A model generated the notes under the pieces. It was not told the DNA's origin and searched no databases. It saw only the letters and a list, made by a program, of their open reading frames with translations. Made by a program: the position numbers and the translations under genes. From an uncultured Candidatus Saccharibacteria bacterium (GTDB lineage Bacteria; Patescibacteriota; Minisyncoccia; Phycocordibacterales; UBA9973), in assembly GCA_964354935.1 (NCBI GenBank), contig CAYHBT010000002.1:19864-63509 (forward strand): a stretch of 43,646 nucleotides of DNA, given 5' to 3'. Positions 26,428 through 36,752 of this stretch are shown piece after piece (position 1 is the first letter of the stretch; every line of letters begins with the position of its first letter).

Positions 26428-27960
26428 TTACTCAAATTCCGTCGTAGCCGGAGGTTTGGGGGTCATATCGAAAAATACGCGGACGATGTCTTTGTGTTTG
26501 GTGAGAGCGCTAGTTATTTCTTCCACGACGGACTGCGGGAAATAAAAACCTTTTGCCGTCATAAAGTCTACGGTTTGCACAGCGCGGATGGCAAGCGAAT
26601 GGCCATAGACTCTTTCATCGCCTTTCACGCCGACGGAGTTGACGCCGAGGAGGGCGACGATGAGTTGGGAAATATTTTTGTCGATGTTGTGTTTTTTAAG
26701 AATATCGCTGACGGTTTTGTCCGCTTCGCGCACTAGCTCGATATTTTCTTTGGTGACTGGGGTGCCTACAACTCGCAAATATAATCCCGGACCCGGAAAA
26801 GGATTTCTTTCATAGACTGCCGACGGAAGTTTGAGGGCTTTTGCTAGTTCGCGGACTTCGTATTTAAATAAGTTGCGGAATGGGTGCAGGTCGTCGACTT
26901 TCCAGTCTAGTCCGACATTGTGGTGCGTTTTAATCATCATAGACTCCCCCGCTTTTCCACTTTCTATGATGTCTGTGGCAAGAGTTCCTTGCACGATGAA
27001 TCCGGCTTTATATTTGGCGATCTGCTCTTCAAAAATCTTTTTGTAAACTTCTCGAAATTTTCCGCGTTTTTCTTCACCGTCTATCGTGGTACCGATGTTT
27101 TTAATAAATTCTTTTTCAGCCGGAATAATTATCAGATTTTTTACGCCCGCGCTTTTTGCATTCGCCTTTATTTCCTCAAATTCTTGAGCTCGCACTCCGC
27201 CTGTATCAATAGCGACGCAGATTAATTTTTCTTTTAAAACCGGAGCGAGGACAGCCGCTAGGGTCGTTGAATCCACTCCGCCGGAAAAACCCAAAATTAA
27301 ATTCTTTTTCTCTGCTAGACTGACGACACCTAAAACTTCTTTTTGAATTTCTTTAATTAAATTTACAGGATCCCAATCAGCTTTACATCCAGCTAGATCC
27401 AAAAAATTCCGCAATATCTTTTTTCCCTCTTTGGTGTGGGCAACTTCCGGATGAAATTGAATTCCGAGCACCCGATTGTTTTTATTCGCCATCGCGGCAA
27501 TGCCACCGGAGGTGGCGATTTCTGTAAAACCTTTCGGAAGTTTAGTCACGGTATCTCCGTGACTTGCCCAGACTTGAGTTTTTTCCGATACGCCGAGAAA
27601 AAGCGGATGAGTGGTTTCGGGCGTCACTTCCGCTGGCCCGTATTCGCGGTGCGCGAGTGGTCGTTCGACTTTCCCACCGAGAGAATTCGCCAAAAGCTGC
27701 ATACCATAACATATTCCGAGGACCCTGTATTCTTTTCCATCGCTATCAAGCGTTTTCGGAAGCCCCGGGGCGCCTTCGTTGTGTACGCTCCAATTACTGC
27801 CGGAAAGAATGACCGCTTTTGGAGTATCATTTTTGAGCCACATTTCTGCTTTCTTTGGCGGCAGTATCACACTTCGCACCCCGAGCTCCCGCAGAGTTCT
27901 GCCGATGACCAGCGTATATTGCGACCCGTAATCCACGATAAGGATTTGTATATCATTCAT
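26428..27960 (-). CDS. guaA: GMP synthase (glutamine-hydrolysing)
   Basis: GATase ICYGMQ, ATP-PPase SGGVDS, and a C-terminal KPPATTEFE. Confidence 0.9.
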   Translation of the reverse strand: MNDIQILIVDYGSQYTLVIGRTLRELGVRSVILPPKKAEMWLKNDTPKAVILSGSNWSVHNEGAPGLPKTLDSDGKEYRVLGICYGMQLLANSLGGKVERPLAHREYGPAEVTPETTHPLFLGVSEKTQVWASHGDTVTKLPKGFTEIATSGGIAAMANKNNRVLGIQFHPEVAHTKEGKKILRNFLDLAGCKADWDPVNLIKEIQKEVLGVVSLAEKKNLILGFSGGVDSTTLAAVLAPVLKEKLICVAIDTGGVRAQEFEEIKANAKSAGVKNLIIIPAEKEFIKNIGTTIDGEEKRGKFREVYKKIFEEQIAKYKAGFIVQGTLATDIIESGKAGESMMIKTHHNVGLDWKVDDLHPFRNLFKYEVRELAKALKLPSAVYERNPFPGPGLYLRVVGTPVTKENIELVREADKTVSDILKKHNIDKNISQLIVALLGVNSVGVKGDERVYGHSLAIRAVQTVDFMTAKGFYFPQSVVEEITSALTKHKDIVRVFFDMTPKPPATTEFE

Positions 27961-29488
<1,528 letters not shown>

Positions 29489-29494
29489 AATTTT

Positions 29495-30814
29495 ATGAAA
29501 CACGGATTTATCGATGCAGTCGTCGGACTGCAGTGGGGAGACGAGGGAAAAGGAAAAAATATTGATGCGCTTTTAGAAAAAGGAAATTATTGCGCAGTAG
29601 CGCGTTTTCACGGCGGAGCAAATGCGGGGCATACGATCAAGCTAGGAGATAAGACTTTTATCGGACACATTGTGCCTTCCGGCTGTTTGCATAAAAAAAT
29701 CGAACTCTATATCGGTAATGGCGTCGTCGTCGATGCCCCTTCTTTAATTTCAGAAATGGCTCAGCTTAAAAGTTTAGGTTTCAATGTTTCCAATCGTCTT
29801 TTTATTTCCAATCGCGCAAAATTAGTTTCTCACCTTCATTCTTTTTTGGATCAGGCCGATGAACACAAACGAAGCAAATCCGGCACCAAAGTTGGCACCA
29901 CTTCGAGGGGCATCGGTCCGGCATATAGCGATTCACGAGCGCGGAGAGGGCTTCTAATTGGTGATATTCTCTTGTCTGATTTTGCGCAAAAAGAAAAATC
30001 TCTTTCAGAATTTCATATGAATTTACTTCATATGTATAAAGAAAAATACGGTTTTGAAATTAATTCAGAAAAAATAAGAGAAGCAAAAGAAAAATGGAAC
30101 AATGCAATCAAAGAATTAAAAAAACTGCAGATTTGCGACCTTTCATTTTTGATACAAAAGAGATTAAACGAAGGGAAAAATATTTTAGCCGAAGGCGCGC
30201 AAGCTATTATGCTCGATATTGATTTTGGCGATTATCCGAATGTGACGAGCAGTAATACTTTGCCGGCGAATGTCTGCCTTGGGCTCGGCGTCCCTCACAC
30301 TTATTTAAAGGATATTTATGGAGTTATGAAGGCGTATACAACCAAAGTAGGCGGAGGTACTTTCCCATCGCGAATTGAAGACGAAGCTCTTGAAAAAGCT
30401 TTCCAGAAAGCCGGCAACGAATTCGGAGCGACGACAGGCAGACCCAGAATGTGCGGCTGGATTGATTTGTTCGCCCTTCGTTATGCTATCAGACTTTCCG
30501 GAGCTAATAAAATTTTCATCAATAAGGCGGATATTTGCCTTTCCGATAAAGTAAAAGTTGTCACCGGATACAAAATCGGCGGAAAAGTTTTAAAAGAATT
30601 TCCGCTTTACCTTAGCCAAATTACAGGTGTTGTCGCAGATAAAATATCCGGCTGGGGAAATGCCAATCAGGGAGTGAAAGACAAAAAGAAAGTCTCCAAA
30701 GAACTCGCCTCCTATCTTAACTACATAAAAAATAAACTTAAAGACTTGAATGTAAAAATAATCTCCGTCGGCACAGGCAAAGACCGCGAAGATTTCTTTA
30801 ATTGGGATAGGTAG
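29495..30814 (+). CDS. purA: Adenylosuccinate synthetase
   Basis: QWGDEGKGK P-loop and GTTSRGIGPAY; 439 aa. Confidence 0.9.
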   Translation: MKHGFIDAVVGLQWGDEGKGKNIDALLEKGNYCAVARFHGGANAGHTIKLGDKTFIGHIVPSGCLHKKIELYIGNGVVVDAPSLISEMAQLKSLGFNVSNRLFISNRAKLVSHLHSFLDQADEHKRSKSGTKVGTTSRGIGPAYSDSRARRGLLIGDILLSDFAQKEKSLSEFHMNLLHMYKEKYGFEINSEKIREAKEKWNNAIKELKKLQICDLSFLIQKRLNEGKNILAEGAQAIMLDIDFGDYPNVTSSNTLPANVCLGLGVPHTYLKDIYGVMKAYTTKVGGGTFPSRIEDEALEKAFQKAGNEFGATTGRPRMCGWIDLFALRYAIRLSGANKIFINKADICLSDKVKVVTGYKIGGKVLKEFPLYLSQITGVVADKISGWGNANQGVKDKKKVSKELASYLNYIKNKLKDLNVKIISVGTGKDREDFFNWDR

Positions 30815-30816
30815 CC

Positions 30817-30880
30817 TTGCGTTAGATCTTGCCTAACGCAACAAAAAACCACAATAGCAACGGCCGTTGCTATTGTGGTT
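30817..30880. terminator. Convergent terminator region (two hairpins)
   Basis: TTGCGTTAG-ATCTTGC-CTAACGCAA (30817-30841), then the perfect 34-bp palindrome AACCACAATAGCAACGG|CCGTTGCTATTGTGGTT (30847-30880). The latter has an A6 tract on one side, which is a T tract for the minus-strand operon. Confidence 0.8.
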
Positions 30881-30891
30881 TAAGGAAGGTT

Positions 30892-32778
30892 TTAATTTTT
30901 AGATAATTCAAGAGCTTTTTTGCCTATGTCTTTTCTGTATTGCATACCTTCAAAAGATATTTTTGAAATTGCTTCGTAGGCTTTATCGAGGGCTTCTTGC
31001 AGGCTTTTGCCCGTCGCGCTGACTCCCAGCACCCGCCCGCCGTTGGTGACTAGTTTTCCGTCTTTTTTGGTTGTGCCGGCGTGAAAGATAATTATATCTT
31101 TTTCTTTTTTCACTTCTTCAATCCCTGTGATAATTTTACCCTTCTCATATTCCCCCGGGTACCCGCCAGAAGCTACGGCGATGTTGCAGGCGGATGTATT
31201 TTCTTTCCATTTTATTTCTAAATCTTTTATTTTTCCATCAATACAAGCATCAAACATGTCCAAAATATCCGTCTCTAAAATTCTCATATATGTCTGTGTC
31301 TCCGGATCGCCGAAGCGCGCGTTGAATTCAAAAACCTTCGGGCCTTCGGCTGTGAGCATTATCCCCGGGTACAAAATTCCAACAAACGGTCTGCCTTCTT
31401 CTCTCATACCCGCCAATGTTGGCGCGATAATTTCTTTTTCAATTTGCGACATCAGCGCTTCGTTCATAAAAGGTAGCGACGCAATGACTCCCATTCCGCC
31501 TGTATTAGGTCCAGCATCGCCATCGAATATGCGTTTATGATCTTGCGAGCTTGGAAACATTTTAAAATCTTTTCCGTCGGAAATTGCGTGAATGGAGATT
31601 TCGGTGCCGGAAAGGTATTCCTCGATGACTACTTCGTTGCCGGAACTGCCAAAAATTTTATCCACCAAGATTTTTTTAAGTGCCTCGAGCGCTTCTTCTT
31701 TTGTTTGCGCTACTGCCACGCCTTTGCCGAGCGCGAGTCCGCTTGCTTTGATGACTACAGGCACCGAACCTTTTTCAACATATATTTTCGCTTTTTCAAA
31801 ATCGGAAAAAACCTCGTATTTAGCCGTTGGGATTTTGTGTCGTTTCATAAAATCTTTGGCGTAAGCTTTAGACCATTCGAGCTCGCTTGCCCCTTTGGTC
31901 GGACCCCAAACTCTTAATTTTTCTTTGTGAAATTCGTCCACTATGCCAAGCGCAAGAGGGTCGTCAGAGAGAACGAGAGTCAGGTCAATTTTTTCTTTTT
32001 TGGCAAATTCTAAAAGCTTGGCGGTTTCAGTTTCTTTTATATCTAAATTAGTTCCCAGCTCTGCTGTGCCGGCGTTGCCTCGCGCAAAAAATAATTCTCC
32101 CGCTCGAGGCGACTGCGCTATTTTCCAGCCGATTGCGTGTTCCCGTCCTCCTCCCGCGCCAATTATTAAAATTTTTTTATACCTCACCCCGCCTTCGGCA
32201 CCCCTCTCCTTGTTAAGGAGAGGGGTTGGGGGTGAGGTCAATTTTTCTAAAACTTCTACATATAATTCGTTTTCTTTTTTCTTTAGTCTGGCATACAGAG
32301 ACTCCACAGTATCGCCATCTTCCACTTTTTCAAAAGTTCTACCCAAGACTGGTCCAAAATCGAAATTCAAAGTCAAAAAATGAATTGAAGAACCGGCAAA
32401 AGTGGATTTTTGGTCTAGGAAATTTTTGATTGCCTTATCGCCATACATTCCTTTGTTCCATAGAGCTTTTGTATTATCAGGATTTAATATCTCTCCATTT
32501 ATTGTATCCGGAATCAAACCCGGGTGTAAATTAAAAATTTTGTTTTCATATTTTATTATCATCATTTCGGGAATTATCTTTTTCCAACCAGCTAGACATA
32601 TGTAGTCTGGCGACACTTTTTCCAATATCGGCATTGGTTCTTCCCTATCCGAAATGACTACAGAAATTTCCGCATTTATTTTCCCTGCATCAATTTCATC
32701 TCTAATTGCCTTGAGGTTTGTTTGAGCGCCTCCTTCGTGAACCAAAATCGCTAACTTTTTTTTATTCTTTTGGGACAT
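30892..32778 (-). CDS. purD: Fused GAR transformylase (PurN-like) / GAR synthetase (PurD)
   Basis: N-terminal ~190 aa has the formyltransferase NLHPGLIP and FDFGPVL motifs. The C-terminal part starts KILIIGAGGGREHAIGW (PurD ATP-grasp). The two halves are joined by repeat 32181-32238. Confidence 0.8.
   Translation of the reverse strand: MSQKNKKKLAILVHEGGAQTNLKAIRDEIDAGKINAEISVVISDREEPMPILEKVSPDYICLAGWKKIIPEMMIIKYENKIFNLHPGLIPDTINGEILNPDNTKALWNKGMYGDKAIKNFLDQKSTFAGSSIHFLTLNFDFGPVLGRTFEKVEDGDTVESLYARLKKKENELYVEVLEKLTSPPTPLLNKERGAEGGVRYKKILIIGAGGGREHAIGWKIAQSPRAGELFFARGNAGTAELGTNLDIKETETAKLLEFAKKEKIDLTLVLSDDPLALGIVDEFHKEKLRVWGPTKGASELEWSKAYAKDFMKRHKIPTAKYEVFSDFEKAKIYVEKGSVPVVIKASGLALGKGVAVAQTKEEALEALKKILVDKIFGSSGNEVVIEEYLSGTEISIHAISDGKDFKMFPSSQDHKRIFDGDAGPNTGGMGVIASLPFMNEALMSQIEKEIIAPTLAGMREEGRPFVGILYPGIMLTAEGPKVFEFNARFGDPETQTYMRILETDILDMFDACIDGKIKDLEIKWKENTSACNIAVASGGYPGEYEKGKIITGIEEVKKEKDIIIFHAGTTKKDGKLVTNGGRVLGVSATGKSLQEALDKAYEAISKISFEGMQYRKDIGKKALELSKN
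32181..32238. repeat. Nested-hairpin element, family B copy 2 (in frame, purN-purD junction)
   Basis: ACCTCACCCCGCCTTCGGCACCCCTCTCCTTGTTAAGGAGAGGGGTTGGGGGTGAGGT, with the same architecture and orientation as 17705-17756. Encodes TSPPTPLLNKERGAEGGVRY. Confidence 0.8.
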
Positions 32779-34192
32779 CGTAGTTTATTTCTTTGGAGCG
32801 TTCAAAAATATCTATTGGGTAAACTCCATCAAAGGAAGAAAGCGAAAAGCGCTCTTTTTTTAGACCGGTCGCGGACACCATTCCTTCGATTGAAAGGTAA
32901 GATAAAGATGTGGCTCCAAGAAATTTGCGAATTTCTTCGGTAGTTTTATGCGAAGCGATTAATTCTTTTTGGTTGGGAGTGTCGATACCATAAAAATCCG
33001 GAAAACGAATCGGAGCGGAACTGACAAGAAAATGCACTTCCTTGGCGCCTGCATCAAAAAGCATTTTGACGATTTGTTTGCTGGTCGTTCCGCGCACGAT
33101 TGAATCGTCCATCACCGCAATCTTCTTGCCTTTTATCACTGATTGGAGCGGGCTTAATTTCATTCGCACTTTTTCAGCGCGCAATTCTTGAGTGGGTTCG
33201 ATGAATGTGCGGTTGATGTAGCGGTTTTTGGCGATACCCATTTCAAAAGGTATGCCGGATTCTTCGGCATAACCAATCGCCGCCGAGATGGCAGATTCTG
33301 GAACTGGTATGATCATATCGACACCAACTGCTCTCTTTTGTATTTTATTTTCTCGAGCCAATATTCGTCCAAGATTTTTTCGTACTTCATAGACTGATTG
33401 ATTGAGCATTACGCTGTCATATCTGGAAAAATACACAAATTCAAAAATATCCAATTTTGGTTTTCCTTTTTTAAATTTATAACTGACGATTTTATTTTCT
33501 TTACCATTCTTGGTGACAATCACCATTTCCGCAGGTTCTATTTCTCTGATGAATTTTGCTCCGAGAGTGTCTAAGGCGCAAGTCTCCGAACAAATTATTA
33601 TCTCGTTCCCTCTTTGCCCCAAGACTAATGGACGAATTCCGCACGGATCACGAAAGCCTACCAGTGTGTCCAATCCCAATGCCACGCAAGAAAAAGCCCC
33701 TGTAAAAAGGGGGTAAACTTTTGCAATTGAATCAGGGAGAGAATATCCTTTTTTCATATAAACGCCAATAGCTTGGGTCATCAATTGAGAGTCGGAAAGA
33801 TTTTCAGTAATTTCGTTGTTCTTTTTTAAAAATTGTACAAGCTTGGAGGTGCTTGGCAGATTGCCGTTGTGCCCAAAGGCGAAGAGGTTGTCGTATAGAA
33901 AGGGCTGAGCATATTCGACATTGTTGCCGTTTGAAGTGGAATACCGATTGTGTCCGATGGCGGCAAAGCCGGGGAGTTTTTTTAAAATATCTTCAGTGTA
34001 AATTTGGCTCACCAACCCAGCGTCTTTATGAATATGCAATCTTTTGCCATCGCTGGTCGCAATTCCGGAATGTTCTTGTCCGCGATGTTGTAAAGAAAAA
34101 AGTCCGAAATATGTTTCGCGCGCGACTTCAGTCGGAGAATTATTATCTCCAAAAATTCCAAAAACTGCGCATTTTTCATTTAGATCAATCAT
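32762..34192 (-). CDS. purF: Amidophosphoribosyltransferase
   Basis: Propeptide then CAVFGIFG (Ntn Cys), and the PRTase motif VMDDSIVRGTT. Confidence 0.9.
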   Translation of the reverse strand: MIDLNEKCAVFGIFGDNNSPTEVARETYFGLFSLQHRGQEHSGIATSDGKRLHIHKDAGLVSQIYTEDILKKLPGFAAIGHNRYSTSNGNNVEYAQPFLYDNLFAFGHNGNLPSTSKLVQFLKKNNEITENLSDSQLMTQAIGVYMKKGYSLPDSIAKVYPLFTGAFSCVALGLDTLVGFRDPCGIRPLVLGQRGNEIIICSETCALDTLGAKFIREIEPAEMVIVTKNGKENKIVSYKFKKGKPKLDIFEFVYFSRYDSVMLNQSVYEVRKNLGRILARENKIQKRAVGVDMIIPVPESAISAAIGYAEESGIPFEMGIAKNRYINRTFIEPTQELRAEKVRMKLSPLQSVIKGKKIAVMDDSIVRGTTSKQIVKMLFDAGAKEVHFLVSSAPIRFPDFYGIDTPNQKELIASHKTTEEIRKFLGATSLSYLSIEGMVSATGLKKERFSLSSFDGVYPIDIFERSKEINYDVPKE

Positions 34193-34195
34193 AGA

Positions 34196-34963
34196 TTATT
34201 TTTTATTTTTTGCGGAAAAGTAATTAACGGCGTTTTTAAAAATCTGCAGTCCGGCGCCCTCTTTTGAAATTTTCTTATTTTTATACCACATCGGATTCTG
34301 ATGAGCAAACATCGCTCTCTCCGGATGAGGCATCATTCCTAGGACCCTGCCATTATACGCCAAAACTCCGGCAATGTCATAGTCTGAACCGTTTGGATTT
34401 TTTTCGAGATTTTGAAATTTACAAATTTCTCCTTTGTCATAATTAAAAGCGATTTCTTTTTTCGCTAGCATTTTTTTGTGTTCTTCCGGAGAAATAACAA
34501 AATGTCCTTCACCGTGCGCGATTGGAAGAGATATTTTTTTAATATTTTTGAGCCAAGGACTCGAACCTTTGACGGAAAGATCGATCCATCTGTCTAGATA
34601 TTTTCCATTTTTATTTTGCATCAAAGCCCCGGGCAAAATTCCAAGATTGGTGATTATTTGGAACCCGTTGCAAATACCGATAAGTAAAGTATCGCGTGAC
34701 AAAAATTCCGCGAGCTCTTTCGATAAATGATTTTTAAATTTATTAGCGTAAGCTTTGCCGCTACCCGTGTCGTCTCCATAAGAAAATCCTCCCGGAAATG
34801 CTATGATCTGGTATTCTTTCAGTATTTTTGGCTTGGCAATTAGGTCGTTGATGTGCACAATATCCGCTTTCCCTCCCGCTGTCTCAAAAGCGAATTTCGT
34901 CTCTTCTTCGCAATTGAGCCCGTATCCGGACATTATTATAATTTTTGGTTTATTTTTTTTCAT
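34196..34963 (-). CDS. purQ: FGAM synthase, glutaminase subunit
   Basis: Class I GATase with GICNGFQ and HGEG motifs; 255 aa. Confidence 0.9.
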   Translation of the reverse strand: MKKNKPKIIIMSGYGLNCEEETKFAFETAGGKADIVHINDLIAKPKILKEYQIIAFPGGFSYGDDTGSGKAYANKFKNHLSKELAEFLSRDTLLIGICNGFQIITNLGILPGALMQNKNGKYLDRWIDLSVKGSSPWLKNIKKISLPIAHGEGHFVISPEEHKKMLAKKEIAFNYDKGEICKFQNLEKNPNGSDYDIAGVLAYNGRVLGMMPHPERAMFAHQNPMWYKNKKISKEGAGLQIFKNAVNYFSAKNKK

Positions 34964-34970
34964 TTTTTCT

Positions 34971-34992
34971 AATATCAGCTATAGCTGATATT
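34971..34992. repeat. Perfect 22-bp palindrome between the Cys-rich paralog 2 stop and the purQ start
   Basis: AATATCAGCTATAGCTGATATT is its own reverse complement. Its last base overlaps the paralog stop codon. Confidence 0.85.
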
Positions 34993-36728
34993 TAATATAT
35001 TTCTTGCTGATAACATTTTTCGCAGTATACCATATCTTGTCTTTCAGGCGCATAGGTTGTTTTGAATTCTACTTCGCATTTTTTCTCTCCGTGAAAATGA
35101 TTTTTTTTATCGCACATACACATCCTTTCCCAAAGTTTCAACGGATTTCTCAGATTAATACGCGCATAGTGCCGACAGTTTGGACACAGTCTAGGTAAAG
35201 GTAACTTCATTCTTTTGTAAAACCTGAATTCTTCTTGAATTATTTTAAAAGCTTCAGTACATTGGTGTTTACATGTGCCACCATGCCCGCAAGCAATAAT
35301 CTTACCTATTATTTCATCTCCAATATCTTTAATGTTGTCAGGTATATCTTTATTTTCTATGTCAATTTTGTAATTTCTTTCTTCTATCTCCTGCCAAGTA
35401 TATCCTTTTTGTAAAGCTTCTTCTTTGGTTAAAGGAAAATATTCTTGCGCGATTGTTTCGTTGTAAGCAAAAGGTGAAAGTTCTGATGGAAAAAATTCTC
35501 CGTACTTATAAATTCTGCTTTGTTTATCAATGAAAGGCATATCTTTCATATGCTTAATTATTTTAGGCAGAAGTTTCTCATATTCTTCTTTACTATATTG
35601 CTTGTTTAAAATGCAGTAACTTTTTTTACGAAGCCCTTCGCAGCCAAATACATTTTTACAATCATGGCATTCCTCGTTATAACGCGCATCTTGATTATTA
35701 AGATTTCTAACCCCGAATGCCACATTATTACTACCAAAACCATGACAATTTTCATATATTAGTTCTGCGTTAAAGCCCAGAAAAGATACATCATAACAAT
35801 CTTTAGATCCATGTCTGCAAAAAAACAAAAATTTTGAATCCTCGGCCTGTCTTGAACTAAAGGCGAAATTTGTATTTCTGGCTTCTGATAGATCGTCGCC
35901 GTCCGAATTTATTGATTTATAAACGCGAGCATAACGATGAGGTAAATCTAGTTCTAACTCTTTTAATTTTTTTAAAAATTCCAAATGTTTCTCGTGACTT
36001 CCTGTATTTTCTTTTATAAATTTATTATAGTTTTCTTTTGAATGTGGTTTATTAAAGATATGATATTGTTTGTTTACTAAACCTACACAACCAAAACAAT
36101 TTATACAGTTTCGACAATCGATCAAATAATAACTTTCAACGCAATCCTGGGAATGATGGCTAAAAAATAGTTTGTTTGTGGTTTTGCATTCAAAAAGCTC
36201 GTAGCCAAATTCAATCTTTTCACAAAAAGATATGTTCATCGAGTCTCGAGAGTCGAAAATTTGATTGCCAAAATAAACTCTCTCGTTATTATGTCCACCA
36301 AATAAAAGATAACATTCTTTAAAATCTATTCCGTAACTACAGTAATCGCTGTTTATAAAATTTGTTTGATATAAATTTGCTCTCGGCACCCTCGTTTGTA
36401 GCATTTTAAATTGTTCAAAAAAAGGCTTAGAAAAATCATAGTCTACACCGTAAGATATGGGGTCCCATTCATCAGAAAGCCAGCATTCTCGGCAATAAAC
36501 CGTGTATAATCTTTTATTATTATATACAGCAAGTACTGATTTTTTACACAGAGCACATTCGCGTTTGTAAAAGACGCGATTGTTGCGGAAAAGTAATCGT
36601 CTTTGGAATCTGCAATCAGGGCAAAATGTCGGAGGTGGCACTTGCATCTTTTCGTAAAAAGAAAAATCATCCGGCTCGATGACAAAATCCTTTTTACAAT
36701 TTTGGCAATTTTTTGTCTCTGATTTCAT
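34992..36728 (-). CDS. Cys-rich protein of unknown function with zinc-ribbon termini (paralog 2)
   Basis: 578 aa, collinear with 4158-5906. The termini are nearly identical at protein level (CQNCKKDFVIEPDDFSFYEKMQVPPPTFCPDCR ... TTYAPERQDMVYCEKCYQQEIY). Sits between purL and purQ. Confidence 0.8.
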   Translation of the reverse strand: MKSETKNCQNCKKDFVIEPDDFSFYEKMQVPPPTFCPDCRFQRRLLFRNNRVFYKRECALCKKSVLAVYNNKRLYTVYCRECWLSDEWDPISYGVDYDFSKPFFEQFKMLQTRVPRANLYQTNFINSDYCSYGIDFKECYLLFGGHNNERVYFGNQIFDSRDSMNISFCEKIEFGYELFECKTTNKLFFSHHSQDCVESYYLIDCRNCINCFGCVGLVNKQYHIFNKPHSKENYNKFIKENTGSHEKHLEFLKKLKELELDLPHRYARVYKSINSDGDDLSEARNTNFAFSSRQAEDSKFLFFCRHGSKDCYDVSFLGFNAELIYENCHGFGSNNVAFGVRNLNNQDARYNEECHDCKNVFGCEGLRKKSYCILNKQYSKEEYEKLLPKIIKHMKDMPFIDKQSRIYKYGEFFPSELSPFAYNETIAQEYFPLTKEEALQKGYTWQEIEERNYKIDIENKDIPDNIKDIGDEIIGKIIACGHGGTCKHQCTEAFKIIQEEFRFYKRMKLPLPRLCPNCRHYARINLRNPLKLWERMCMCDKKNHFHGEKKCEVEFKTTYAPERQDMVYCEKCYQQEIY

Positions 36729-36749
36729 ATATACGCTATAGCTGATATT
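36728..36749. repeat. Second copy (19/22) of the 22-bp palindrome, between the purL stop and the Cys-rich paralog 2 start
   Basis: TATATACGCTATAGCTGATATT shares an exact 15-mer, GCTATAGCTGATATT (36735-36749), with 34978-34992. Confidence 0.8.
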
Positions 36750-36752
36750 GGT

